DNA of 64,000 nucleotides from an uncultured Collinsella sp. (GTDB lineage Bacteria; Actinomycetota; Coriobacteriia; Coriobacteriales; Coriobacteriaceae): NCBI GenBank assembly GCA_900544205.1, contig UQUG01000001.1, positions 10,612 to 74,611 of the forward strand, read 5' to 3'. Shown piece by piece: positions 54,996 to 64,000 of this stretch (position 1 is its first letter; each line of letters starts with the position of its first letter). The notes under the pieces were generated by a model. It saw only the letters and a program-made list of their open reading frames with translations, ran no database searches and was not told where the DNA came from. The position numbers and the translations under genes were made by a program.

Positions 54996-56258
54996 ATGGC
55001 AGAGAAACTCATTCCGCTGGATGACGCACAGTCGATTGTCCTGTCGCACGTTGCTCCGACCGATCTCGTCGAGATTCCCGTGTGGCAGGCGGCTGGTTTT
55101 CCCTTGGCCGAGGACGCGGTGGCCGATATCGACATCTCGCCGTTTGCCAACAGCGCTATGGACGGATATGCCGTGCGCTCAGCGGACTTGGTGCAGGCAT
55201 CTGGCGAGGCGCCAGTGATGCTCGACGTTATCGGACACGAGGCCGCGGGCCATGTGTTTGAGGGCGCAATCGGCGCGGGCGAGACGGTTCGCATCATGAC
55301 GGGCGCGCCGGTGCCCGAGGGTGCCGATGCCGTAGTGAAATACGAGATTGTCGAGGTACTTGACGGTGACGGCAACGAGGGCTCGCACGTGAGCTTCTCG
55401 GCACCTGCCAAGGTAGGGGAGAATGTTCGCTCTGCCGCCGAGGAGGCCCATGCCGGTGACGTCGTGATGCGTGCTAGAGAGGTTGTGGCCCCGGCGGGCG
55501 CGGGTCTGCTGGCAAGCGCCGGGTATGCAAGCGTGAAGGTGCACGCTGCCCCGCGCGTGGGCATTATCTCGCTGGGCACGGAACTGGTCGCACCGAGTAA
55601 GGTACCGGCGCGCGGTCAGATTCGCGATTCCAACTCCTCGGCGCTGATGGCCGAAGCGCTCGATGCGGGAGCCGAGCCCGTGTTCTACGGCATTGCGCCC
55701 GATGATGAGCAGGCGATTGCCGAGCTGGTGCATCGTGCCGTGCAGGAGTGCGATTTTGTCATTACGAGCGGTGGCGCCTCGGCGGGCGATTACGATTTCG
55801 TGACGGCGCTCGTCCGCCGCGAGGGCGAGGTGCTGTTTGACCGCATCTCGATGCGCCCGGGCAAGGCCATTACGTTTGGCTTGCTCGCAGGTAAGCCCTA
55901 CCTGGGACTTTCAGGCAATCCGGCCGCGGCGTATGTAGGCTTTGAGATGCTTGCCCGTCCGGCGATCCGTAAGATGCGCGGCTTTGCCGAGGGTGTGCGC
56001 CCCGTGCAGCGGGCGACGCTCACGCACAGCGTGAAAAAGCGACAGCATCGCCGCTTCTTCGATCGCGCCACGGTTTTGCGCGATCCCGAGACCGGTGAGT
56101 TGTTGGTGACCGAGGCCAAGACGCAGAATTCGGCGTTGCTCGGCACGATGCAGCGGGCCAACTGCCTGCTGCGTATTGACGAAGGACCGTGCGAGCTCAA
56201 GGCGGGCGGCGTCGTGGATGTCGTGCGTGTCGACCTGCCTGAGGGCACGGTGCTATAG
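54996..56258 (+). CDS. moeA: Molybdopterin molybdenumtransferase
   Basis: MoeA N-terminal and MoCF-biosynthesis domain patterns (SPFANSAMDGYAV..., SGGASAGDYD). SD AAGAGGTG. Confidence 0.85.
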   Translation: MAEKLIPLDDAQSIVLSHVAPTDLVEIPVWQAAGFPLAEDAVADIDISPFANSAMDGYAVRSADLVQASGEAPVMLDVIGHEAAGHVFEGAIGAGETVRIMTGAPVPEGADAVVKYEIVEVLDGDGNEGSHVSFSAPAKVGENVRSAAEEAHAGDVVMRAREVVAPAGAGLLASAGYASVKVHAAPRVGIISLGTELVAPSKVPARGQIRDSNSSALMAEALDAGAEPVFYGIAPDDEQAIAELVHRAVQECDFVITSGGASAGDYDFVTALVRREGEVLFDRISMRPGKAITFGLLAGKPYLGLSGNPAAAYVGFEMLARPAIRKMRGFAEGVRPVQRATLTHSVKKRQHRRFFDRATVLRDPETGELLVTEAKTQNSALLGTMQRANCLLRIDEGPCELKAGGVVDVVRVDLPEGTVL

Positions 56259-56268
56259 GAGGAATGCT

Positions 56269-56748
56269 ATGGAGCTGAAGATTTCGATTGTGACGTGCTC
56301 GGATACGCGCGATCTTGCCCAGGACGAGGCGGGTGCCGCGCTCGAGGAACTCATCGTGGCGCAGGGCTGGACGGTTGCCTCACATGTGGTCGTGCGCGAC
56401 GACGCCAGCGAGATCGGTGATGCCATTGTGGAAGCCGCCGATGAGTGCCACGCCAATGTCGTGCTCACCTGCGGCGGCACGGGGCTTTCGATGCGCGATG
56501 TGACGCCCGAGGCGACGCGTGCCGTTTGCGACCGCGATGTGCCGGGTATTGCAGAGGCAATCCGTGCGTACTCCATGTCCAAGACGCGCCGCGCTATGCT
56601 CTCGCGCGCCGTGTGCATGCAGCGTGGGTATACACTTGTCATCAACTTTCCGGGATCTACGAAAGCGGCCCGCGAAAGCTGGGAGGCCGTGAGCGACCAG
56701 TTGGAGCATGCGGCCCAAATGACGGCGGGCGGTGGGCACGCCAAATAA
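56269..56748 (+). CDS. mogA: Molybdenum cofactor biosynthesis protein MogA/MoaB
   Basis: MoCF_biosynth domain (LTCGGTGLSMRD...GIAEAIR). Confidence 0.8.
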   Translation: MELKISIVTCSDTRDLAQDEAGAALEELIVAQGWTVASHVVVRDDASEIGDAIVEAADECHANVVLTCGGTGLSMRDVTPEATRAVCDRDVPGIAEAIRAYSMSKTRRAMLSRAVCMQRGYTLVINFPGSTKAARESWEAVSDQLEHAAQMTAGGGHAK

Positions 56749-56761
56749 GCGCACTACCTGC

Positions 56762-56797
56762 GGCGGAGCGACCTTACGGGCTGCTCCGCCCTTTTTA
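56762..56797 (+). terminator. Hairpin after mogA
   Basis: GGCGGAGC...GCTCCGCC followed by CTTTTTAT. Confidence 0.4.
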
Positions 56798-56946
56798 TGC
56801 AGCGACAGTGCGGCCGTCTCGGGGTTATCGGTAAAAGAAATTTATTAGGCGAGAAATCATTATCACAAACATTATTCGCGCGGAAGTATAATCTAGTAAC
56901 AGAATAAAGCCTGCGGCGGGGTGCCCGGGCATAGCGTTCGAAAGGG

Positions 56947-57828
56947 TTGAATATGTTCGATATGGTTTCACGCCGCGGTTTTGTCTCGCTTTCTGCTGCC
57001 GCTGCCGCCGGCCTTGGCCTTGCCGGCTGCTCGGGCAACAAGACGTCCGAGCCCGCTGGTTCCGATGCCGGCTCCGTCAAGTCTTCCTCTAAGAAGAAGG
57101 CTGTCGAGCTGCAGGTCTTTGCCGCTAACTCGCTCGAGAAAGCTCTGCCCGAGGTTCAGGAGCTCTACACCGAGCAGACCGGCACCACGTTTGCCGACAC
57201 GCAGTTTAAGGCGTCTGGCGACCTTGTCGAGCAGATGCGCGCCGGTGCCGCCGTCGACGTGCTCGTCACGGCCTCCAAGGGCACCATGGACGACGCCGAG
57301 GCCGCCGAGCTCGTCGACGTCGACACACGTGAGGACATGTTCGTCAATGATCTCGTGATCATTCGCGCCGAGGGCTCCGACACCAAGGTCGAGGCCATCG
57401 CCGACGTCGCGAATCTGGACGGCAAGATCGCCATCGGCGACGCCAAGACCGTTCCCGCCGGCAAGTACGCCAACCAGGCGCTGGCTTCTGTGGGCCTCTA
57501 CACCGGCACCGAGGGCGATGACGGCGAGTACGTGCCCGAGATCGCCGACAAGGTCGCACTGGCCGACAAGGTCGGCACCGCTGCCGCCTACGTTTCTACG
57601 GGCGACTGCGTGGCTGGCTTTGTCTACAGTTCCGACATCTTCCGCTACGACGGTATCGAGGAGGCCTTTGTGTGTCCCGAGGACTCGCACAAGCCCATCG
57701 TGTATCCCGGTGCTGTCGCCGATAGCTCTGAGCATGCCGACGAGGCCAAGGCGTTCATCGACTTCTGCCTGACCAACAAAAAGGCCCAGAAGATTTGGGC
57801 CAAGTACGGCTTTGAGCTTTCCGAGTAG
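56947..57828 (+). CDS. modA: Molybdate ABC transporter substrate-binding lipoprotein
   Basis: Lipoprotein signal RRGFVSLSAAAAAGLGLAGCSG. ModA family. Confidence 0.85.
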   Translation: MNMFDMVSRRGFVSLSAAAAAGLGLAGCSGNKTSEPAGSDAGSVKSSSKKKAVELQVFAANSLEKALPEVQELYTEQTGTTFADTQFKASGDLVEQMRAGAAVDVLVTASKGTMDDAEAAELVDVDTREDMFVNDLVIIRAEGSDTKVEAIADVANLDGKIAIGDAKTVPAGKYANQALASVGLYTGTEGDDGEYVPEIADKVALADKVGTAAAYVSTGDCVAGFVYSSDIFRYDGIEEAFVCPEDSHKPIVYPGAVADSSEHADEAKAFIDFCLTNKKAQKIWAKYGFELSE

Positions 57829-57914
57829 TGCGGCTTGGCGCGATAATTCCATCGTTTTGTGTTTCACTCCGTCCTTGTATTCGCTTGGAGCTTTTCGTGC
57901 TTAATAGATTCCGC

Positions 57915-59339
57915 ATGCTTGTCGCCTGTGCTTTGACCTTCGCGCTTTGCTGGGTGCCGGGATTTGCGTTTGCTGGGGACGCTGAGGACGGGGCCCAGGT
58001 TGCTGCGACCGCTCATGGGCTTTCCTATGGGATCGAGGGTTTTGAGCGGTTGGCCAAGGGGACCGCTCGTGCCATGGAGGGCCAGCCTGAGGGCTACCGG
58101 TTTCCCGTTGACGAGGACGTGGACCTTGTAGTGGCGCCTGCTGCCGATCGCGTTGTGGTGTGGATATCGCCCAACGCGGTCGAGAAGTATGGATTGGATC
58201 CGCAGGACAACGAGTGCGTATCGGGTCTTAAGGCCCTCGTCTGTGAGCTCGACAGCGCAAACTGCATGGGAGGTGCGCAGCTGGGGGACGTGGACCTTCC
58301 TTGGTATGTCACGGCGGATACAAGGTTTGATGCCGGCGGGTATACCTATGGCTTTGACGAGCACGGTGCGGATGGGGACCGCTATGTGGTGATTGCATCA
58401 GCCTCGGGTGATGCCAAGGGCGGCGCGCGTTGGCTTGATAGCGCTCAAATGGTAGAGGCGTCGTCTGTCATGTTGCGGGATGAGCAAGGGCCCTTGACCT
58501 CTCTGGTCTCCTTTTTGGGCGACATCGACTATCGCCCGTTTTGGGTGTCCATTAAAACGAGCGGCCTTGCCCTGCTGATCTCCCTTGCGCTGGGCCTGTT
58601 CGCCGCGTGGAAGACTATGGGTACCTCGAGTCGCATCAAGGGCCTGCTCGACTCGGTCTTTACCATCCCCATGGTGTTGCCGCCCACGGTCTGCGGCTTT
58701 TTGCTGCTTATGCTGTTTGGTCGCTCGACCGGGGTGGGCCAGTGGCTGATTGCGCACGGCGTCTCGATTGTCTTTACGTGGCCGGCGGCGGTGATCTCTG
58801 CCGTGGTGGTATCGTTCCCCCTGGTCTACCGTACGGCGCTCGGCGCCTTTGAGAGCCTCGACACGCAGATGCTTGACGCCGCGCGAACCCTGGGATGGTC
58901 CGAGCGGCGCATCTTTGCCAAGCTTATGATGCCGCTTGGGTGGCCTTCTATTGCCGCTGGTACGGTCCTCGCCTTTGCCCGCGCGATGGGAGAGTTTGGC
59001 TGCACGCTGTTCTTTGCGGGCAACTACGCCGGCATTACGCAGACCATCCCCATTGCGATTTACTTTGAGTGGATGGGCGGCAACACCTCGGTGGCCCTCT
59101 TTTGGGTCGCCGTCGTGATCGTGTTCAGCTTCCTGGTCATCCTGTTCATCAACATGTACACCGCTCATTCGCAAAAGTATCGCGAGCGGGGCCTTTCCCG
59201 TGCGGAGCGCAAGCGGATCAAAGATCTTGCCGGACAGGGCGATTCGCTCGACCCGGCGGGCGGCGATGCCTTGCGTATCGATCGCGAGGCGCTGGCCGAG
59301 CTCATGCGCGATGATGCCGCTTTGCAGGGAGGTCGATAG
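57915..59339 (+). CDS. modB: Molybdate ABC transporter permease fused to an N-terminal ~210-aa secreted domain
   Basis: C-terminal half is ModB (EAA loop AARTLGWSERRIFAKLMMPL). N-terminal half has a signal peptide (MLVACALTFALCWVPGFAFAG) and an uncharacterised domain. A single open frame joins the two. Confidence 0.75.
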   Translation: MLVACALTFALCWVPGFAFAGDAEDGAQVAATAHGLSYGIEGFERLAKGTARAMEGQPEGYRFPVDEDVDLVVAPAADRVVVWISPNAVEKYGLDPQDNECVSGLKALVCELDSANCMGGAQLGDVDLPWYVTADTRFDAGGYTYGFDEHGADGDRYVVIASASGDAKGGARWLDSAQMVEASSVMLRDEQGPLTSLVSFLGDIDYRPFWVSIKTSGLALLISLALGLFAAWKTMGTSSRIKGLLDSVFTIPMVLPPTVCGFLLLMLFGRSTGVGQWLIAHGVSIVFTWPAAVISAVVVSFPLVYRTALGAFESLDTQMLDAARTLGWSERRIFAKLMMPLGWPSIAAGTVLAFARAMGEFGCTLFFAGNYAGITQTIPIAIYFEWMGGNTSVALFWVAVVIVFSFLVILFINMYTAHSQKYRERGLSRAERKRIKDLAGQGDSLDPAGGDALRIDREALAELMRDDAALQGGR

Positions 59340-59342
59340 GCC

Positions 59343-60413
59343 ATGTCGCTCGTTCTGGATATCAAAAAGCGCTATCCCGGGTTTATGCTCGACATGCAGC
59401 TTGAGGCCGGCGAGGATCGTGTGGCGCTGCTCGGTGCCTCGGGTTGTGGCAAGAGCTGTACGCTGCGCTGCATCGCCGGCGTGGAGACGCCCGACGAGGG
59501 CAAGATCGTCGTCAACGGCGTGACCTTTTTTGACTCGGCGACGGGCATCAACCTGTCGCCCCAGGAGCGAAAATGCGCCCTGCTGTTCCAAAACTATCAG
59601 CTTTTCCCCAACATGACGGTGGCCGATAACGTATGCGCCGGTGTAAAGGATGCGGGCGACGCCGCCGCGCGCAAAAAGCTCGCCGAGCGCTACCTGGGTA
59701 TCTTTGGACTGGCCGATTTTGCCGACCGCTATCCCGTGCGACTCTCGGGCGGTCAGCAGCAACGTGTGGCGCTTGCGCGCATGGTGGCGGCGCATCCGGG
59801 CATTTTTATGTTCGACGAGCCCATGAGCGCACTCGATTCCTATCTTAAGAGCGCCCTCGAGCAGAACATGCTCGACCTGTTCGATGTGTGCAACCGCACC
59901 GTACTCTACGTGAGCCACGACATCGACGAAGCGTGCCGCCTGTGCCAGCGAATCTGCGTGATGCACGACGGGCATGTGGAGGAGATCGGCTCCGTCGAGG
60001 ACGTGGTTCGCCGCCCGCAGACGCTGGCGGCGCTGCGCCTGACGGGCTGCAAGAACACAAGCCGGGCGCGCAAGATCGGCGACGAAGAAGTTGAGGCCCT
60101 CGACTGGGGCATGACCTTCAACGTGGGCCGCGAGGTTCCCGATGACGTGGCATACCTGGGCATTCGCGCAAGCTACTTCCATGTTGACAATCGCGCTGAG
60201 CGGGGCCGCAACAGCTATGACTTGCACGTGGCCCGCGTGAGTGATTCGCGCTTTGAGCGGCTGGTGTTGCTGGACGTGCCGCGCGTCGATGCGCCCACGC
60301 GTCTGCAGTGGAAGGTCAACAAGGTGGGCATGCCTGTCGACGCGCTGCCGCAAGCAGGCGAGACGCTGCGCATGCATTTTGATGCCAGCAGGATCCATTT
60401 GGTTTGTCGATAG
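59343..60413 (+). CDS. modC: Molybdate ABC transporter ATP-binding protein (with C-terminal TOBE domain)
   Basis: Walker A GASGCGKS, signature LSGGQQQRVALAR, Walker B FMFDEP. Confidence 0.85.
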   Translation: MSLVLDIKKRYPGFMLDMQLEAGEDRVALLGASGCGKSCTLRCIAGVETPDEGKIVVNGVTFFDSATGINLSPQERKCALLFQNYQLFPNMTVADNVCAGVKDAGDAAARKKLAERYLGIFGLADFADRYPVRLSGGQQQRVALARMVAAHPGIFMFDEPMSALDSYLKSALEQNMLDLFDVCNRTVLYVSHDIDEACRLCQRICVMHDGHVEEIGSVEDVVRRPQTLAALRLTGCKNTSRARKIGDEEVEALDWGMTFNVGREVPDDVAYLGIRASYFHVDNRAERGRNSYDLHVARVSDSRFERLVLLDVPRVDAPTRLQWKVNKVGMPVDALPQAGETLRMHFDASRIHLVCR

Positions 60414-60842
60414 CGCCGGGTAATGCCGTCGGGGATATAAGCCTCGGCGGCTTTGTCTTGCCGCTCGCCGAATGAGGGACGACAAACTCTTACCAATCAA
60501 GATAATTTTTTATTAAACGACGACGCACGACGCTGTCGTACGAATGTCAACGGTGTTCGTCTGGACGATGACCGTTGATATAGTTGACCTTAACTTGTAA
60601 AGGAGGGTGCGCACATGCCGCAGACGACATACATTCGCCGCGTTGCCGCGCGTGCCCTATATATAGCTCGGAGTCGCATATGAGCAGGTATGTTCACGGC
60701 TCCGGGAGAGACGACGAACAATTAAATAATCGACCGCAAAGCAGGTTCCCTAAAATTCCGGGTTTAGGCGCGGCTGGGTTTTCGCCACCCACCGTGCAGC
60801 AATACCGTAGCTATTCAATTTTGGTTCGAGAGGGGAACCGTC

Positions 60843-62126
60843 ATGGCTGAAGAATTCGATTTCCATCCGATGTGGGAGAGCCTCGGCATGAATCTTGCCG
60901 ACCACGACATGCTGCTGGGCGCCGTGGGTCAGATGTACGGCGATATGTTTCTGATGCAGCACAATCGCCCCAAGTCCACGTCCTACCTGGACTTTGTGGC
61001 CACCAACATCCATAGCGGCCGTATTAAGGAGATGCTCGACAAGAAGGAGGCCGGCGAGGCCACCAAGATCGTCGGCTCGTTCTGCGTGTACGTGCCCGAG
61101 GAGATCGTGCTTGCCTGTGACGGCATTCCCGTGGGCCTGTGCTCGGGTGCCGATTGGGCAACCGATAAGGTCGAGGAGCACCTGCCGCGCAACACCTGCC
61201 CGCTTATCAAGAGCTTTGCCGGCTTTAAGCTGGGCGAGGTCTGCCCCTACATTGAGTCGAGTGACCTGGTGGTAGGCGAGAACACCTGCGACGGTAAGAA
61301 GAAAGCCTACGAGTTCTTTGCCACGCAAAAGAACATGTACGTCATGGATATTCCCAACGTGCACGACGAGTCGACGCTCGTGACCTGGAAGGCCGAGGTC
61401 AAGAAGCTCGCCGCCAAGATCGAGGACGAGTGCGGCGTCAAGATTACGCCCGAGGGCCTGAAGGCTGCCATCCACGCCGTCAACGAGAAGCGTCGCGCCC
61501 TGCAGCGTCTGGCTGCGACCCGCGCTGCCGATCCGGCGCCCATCAGCGGTCTCGACAGCCTGCTGACCGTTCAGGCCGCCTTTATGGATGACACGCCGCG
61601 CCTGACCGGCGCCATCAACGAAATGGCGGCTGAGTGCGAGCAGCGCGTTGAGGCCGGCGAGGGTGTGGCGCCCAAGGGCACCAAGCGCATCCTGTACACC
61701 GGTACGCCCATGGCCGTGCCCAACTGGAAGCTGTTCAACCTCATCGAGAAGGCCGGCGGCGTCGTGGTGGGCGAGGAGTCCTGCACGGGCTCGCGCTACT
61801 ACAAGGATCTGGTCGACGAGTCCGGCGAGACGGTCGACGAGATGCTCGACGCCATCGCCGAGCGCTACTTTAAGATCAACTGCGCTGTCTTTACGCCCAA
61901 TGACCAGCGTATGAAGGACATTGTCCAGATGGCCAAGGACCTGCATGCCGACGGCATCGTCGACGTGGCCCTGCAGTTCTGCACACTCTACGAGATGGAG
62001 TCGTTTGCCGTGGAGAAGGCCGCCGAGGAGGCTGGCATTCCGTTTATGCACATCACGACCGACTACGCCGGCGAGGATGCAGGCCAACTGCAAACCAGGA
62101 TCGAGGCTTTCTTGGAAACCATTTAG
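60843..62126 (+). CDS. 2-hydroxyacyl-CoA dehydratase component (HgdA/HgdB-type, D-component family)
   Basis: Cys-rich CPxIKS / TCDGKKK motifs typical of the HGD-D family. 427 aa. Confidence 0.7.
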   Translation: MAEEFDFHPMWESLGMNLADHDMLLGAVGQMYGDMFLMQHNRPKSTSYLDFVATNIHSGRIKEMLDKKEAGEATKIVGSFCVYVPEEIVLACDGIPVGLCSGADWATDKVEEHLPRNTCPLIKSFAGFKLGEVCPYIESSDLVVGENTCDGKKKAYEFFATQKNMYVMDIPNVHDESTLVTWKAEVKKLAAKIEDECGVKITPEGLKAAIHAVNEKRRALQRLAATRAADPAPISGLDSLLTVQAAFMDDTPRLTGAINEMAAECEQRVEAGEGVAPKGTKRILYTGTPMAVPNWKLFNLIEKAGGVVVGEESCTGSRYYKDLVDESGETVDEMLDAIAERYFKINCAVFTPNDQRMKDIVQMAKDLHADGIVDVALQFCTLYEMESFAVEKAAEEAGIPFMHITTDYAGEDAGQLQTRIEAFLETI

Positions 62127-62280
62127 GGCTATCCGTCTCGGCGGCTTCCCCAGGCACCCGATCTTGCCGTTCTAACTGTCGCTTGCGTACCAAAGTACGC
62201 GGCGCTCCTCTTTCACGGCAACCTCGGGCACCTGGGAAAGCCGTTTCCTTGGTTGGTTAAAAGGTTTGTTAAGGAGTTAT

Positions 62281-63444
62281 ATGTCGGAAAATATTGAGCA
62301 GCCGTTGCCGTCCACGTTTGAGGAGTTCAACGAGCAACGCAAGGCGGCGTTTATTCGCGTCAAGGATTATAAGCAGGCGGGTAATCGCCTGGTCGGTTTT
62401 CTGTGCAGCTACACGCCGCTCGAGATTATCGATGCCGCGGGGGCTGCGAGCGTGGCGCTGTGCGGCACGTCCGACGAGGTGATTCCCGAGGCCGAGAAGG
62501 TGCTGCCGGCAAACCTGTGCCCGCTCATCAAGTCTACGTATGGTTTTGCCTATTCGCAAAAGTGCCCGTTTACGTACTTTAGCGACATGATCATCGGCGA
62601 GACCACCTGCGACGGCAAGAAGAAGATGTACGAGCTACTCAACGAGCTCAAGCGCACGCACATTCTGCATCTTCCGCAGGGTCGCGATCGCGCCTACGAG
62701 CGTGAAGGCTGGTACGAGGAGTGCCGCCTGCTCAAGGAGGAGCTCGAGGGCTTCTACGGCATCACGATTACCGACGATGACCTGCGTGCTGCCGTCCGTC
62801 GTCGCAACCGCTTGCGTGCGGCTCAGCTCAAGATGTTTGCGCTGCAGGCCAACCAGCCGGCGGCCATGAGCGGCATCGACCTGATGAGCACTATGTTTGC
62901 CGGTACGTTCAGCTTTGATATCGAGGCCTATACGCAGCAGCTGGAGCAAAAGGTTGTCAAGCTGCGCGAGGCCTACGACGCGAGCGAGCGCCCGGTTGCG
63001 GCGGATGCCAAGCGCATTCTGATCACCGGCTGCCCGGTGGGCGGCGTGATCAACAAGATCGGTCGCACCATCGAGTCCAACGGTGGTGTGGTCGTGTGCA
63101 TGGACGACTGCTCGGGCGAGCGCACGGCGGCCATGATGATCGACCCGGAGGCTCCCGACATCTTGCGCGCCATCGCCGACCGCTACCTGGACATTAACTG
63201 CTCGGTCATGACGCCCAACGACGGTCGTATGGAAAACACGCTGGCCATGTGCGAGAAGTATCACGTCGATGGCGTAGTGGAGAGCGTGCTCCAGGCGTGC
63301 CACACCTTTAACGTGGAGAGTGCGCGCATGCAGGAGACTGTCGAGGGTGCGGGCATTCCGTACATGAAGATCGAGACCGACTACAGCAACGGCGACATGG
63401 GACAGATCGAGACCCGCATCGCCGCCTTCATCGAAACCCTCTAG
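62281..63444 (+). CDS. 2-hydroxyacyl-CoA dehydratase component, paralogous second subunit
   Basis: Same family motifs (LCPLIKS...TTCDGKKK). 387 aa. Confidence 0.7.
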   Translation: MSENIEQPLPSTFEEFNEQRKAAFIRVKDYKQAGNRLVGFLCSYTPLEIIDAAGAASVALCGTSDEVIPEAEKVLPANLCPLIKSTYGFAYSQKCPFTYFSDMIIGETTCDGKKKMYELLNELKRTHILHLPQGRDRAYEREGWYEECRLLKEELEGFYGITITDDDLRAAVRRRNRLRAAQLKMFALQANQPAAMSGIDLMSTMFAGTFSFDIEAYTQQLEQKVVKLREAYDASERPVAADAKRILITGCPVGGVINKIGRTIESNGGVVVCMDDCSGERTAAMMIDPEAPDILRAIADRYLDINCSVMTPNDGRMENTLAMCEKYHVDGVVESVLQACHTFNVESARMQETVEGAGIPYMKIETDYSNGDMGQIETRIAAFIETL

Positions 63445-63599
63445 CTTCCTCAGGCACCGGATCTTGCTCCTCAAACCGTCGCTTGCGTACCCAATGTACG
63501 CTGCGCTCCTCTTTCGGGTCAATCTCCGGCACCTGAGAAACCTAGAGCTAAGGCGCCTGAACGCGCCGCTACCTTTGATGTTTAGATTGGGAGAGAGCC

Positions 63600-64000
63600 A
63601 TGATAGGGATCGGGATCGATATCGGGTCTACGGCGGCTAAGGCTGCTGTGGTCGATGGAGGGGGTTCGGTGGCGTGGACGTGCGTGCAGCCAACCGGGTT
63701 CTCCTCGGTCGATGCGGCGGAGCGTCTGCGCGGCGAGCTTGCCGCGGCCGGCTATGACGTGGCTGCCGACGACGTGCGCGTGATCGCGACCGGCTACGGT
63801 CGTGTCGCCGTGCCCTATGCGCATAAGGTCGTGACTGAGATTACCTGCCACGGTACCGGTGCTGTGCGCCTGTTTGGCGACCACGGCACCGTGATCGACG
63901 TGGGCGGTCAGGACACCAAGGTCATTCAGATCAAGGGCGGTCGCGTGGCCAAATTTGCCATGAACGACAAGTGCGCTGCCGGCACGGGGCGCTTTTTGGA
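63600..64000 (+). CDS. 2-hydroxyacyl-CoA dehydratase activase (BcrAD/BadFG ATPase family), 3'-truncated by the window edge
   Basis: MIGIGIDIGSTAAKAAVVDGG... acetate/sugar-kinase-fold ATPase N-terminus. No stop before the window ends. Confidence 0.75.
   Translation, partial: MIGIGIDIGSTAAKAAVVDGGGSVAWTCVQPTGFSSVDAAERLRGELAAAGYDVAADDVRVIATGYGRVAVPYAHKVVTEITCHGTGAVRLFGDHGTVIDVGGQDTKVIQIKGGRVAKFAMNDKCAAGTGRFL

Noticed and set aside
56806-56946. Possible Moco riboswitch upstream of modA, or upstream of moeA (54786-54995)
   Set aside because: The position fits, but I could not match the motif's conserved elements confidently without a covariance-model scan. Not called.
1-64000. CRISPR arrays and tRNA genes
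   Set aside because: No regularly spaced short direct repeats and no tRNA-like cloverleaf candidates noticed, including at the prophage right end.

Overview
High-GC (roughly 60-65%) chromosome segment, probably from an anaerobic Actinobacteria or Coriobacteriia-like organism. TTG and GTG starts, GGAGG-type ribosome-binding sites and the gene content (hgd-type dehydratase, C_GCAxxG_C_C, YhaM) point that way; this is inference, not a database result.

Positions 1 to about 27,330 are the right-hand ~27 kb of a siphovirus-type prophage. Every gene is on the + strand, and the first ORF runs off the window start, so the integrase and left attachment site lie outside it.
- Early region: a run of small, translationally coupled Cys-rich ORFs, including a Lar-like anti-restriction protein and a DUF4406 protein, then a putative late regulator.
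- Head and packaging: terS, terL, portal, then an inserted diversity-generating retroelement (DGR) cassette, then an SPP1 gp7/Mu-F-like head protein (MuF-like below) carrying a C-terminal HEFGH toxin-like domain with downstream immunity-like genes.
- Rest of the late region: gp10-like protein, scaffold, major capsid, head-tail joining genes, major tail, tail assembly chaperones G/GT with a -1 frameshift, tape measure, FN3-rich tail protein, tail tip, two membrane proteins/holin, amidase endolysin.

The most striking element is the DGR inserted between the portal gene and the MuF-like gene: a variable-protein gene with a C-terminal C-type-lectin/formylglycine-generating-enzyme (CLec/FGE)-like domain, 112-nt variable and template repeats (VR/TR) differing at 19 positions that are all adenines in TR, and a reverse transcriptase with a YADD motif. 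No avd gene is recognisable.

Downstream is ordinary chromosome: thiD, thiC with a TPP riboswitch, yaaA, an M18 aminopeptidase, polA, a Cof hydrolase, argG, argH, ndk, rpiB, a YhaM-like gene, a HAD hydrolase, rpsA, RNase P RNA (rnpB), yigZ, a C_GCAxxG_C_C gene, metY, an MFS transporter, xpt, arfB, a lipid kinase, a ClC channel, moeA, mogA, modABC (modB carrying an unusual N-terminal secreted domain), two paralogous 2-hydroxyacyl-CoA dehydratase genes, and the start of their activase.

Non-coding observations: two small intergenic repeat families (one with covarying stems, one a perfect 34-bp palindrome), a long extended hairpin, an Arg-codon-rich mini-ORF upstream of argG, and many intrinsic terminators.

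Many long ORFs in the six-frame track are antisense or frameshift artefacts of high GC and were not called.
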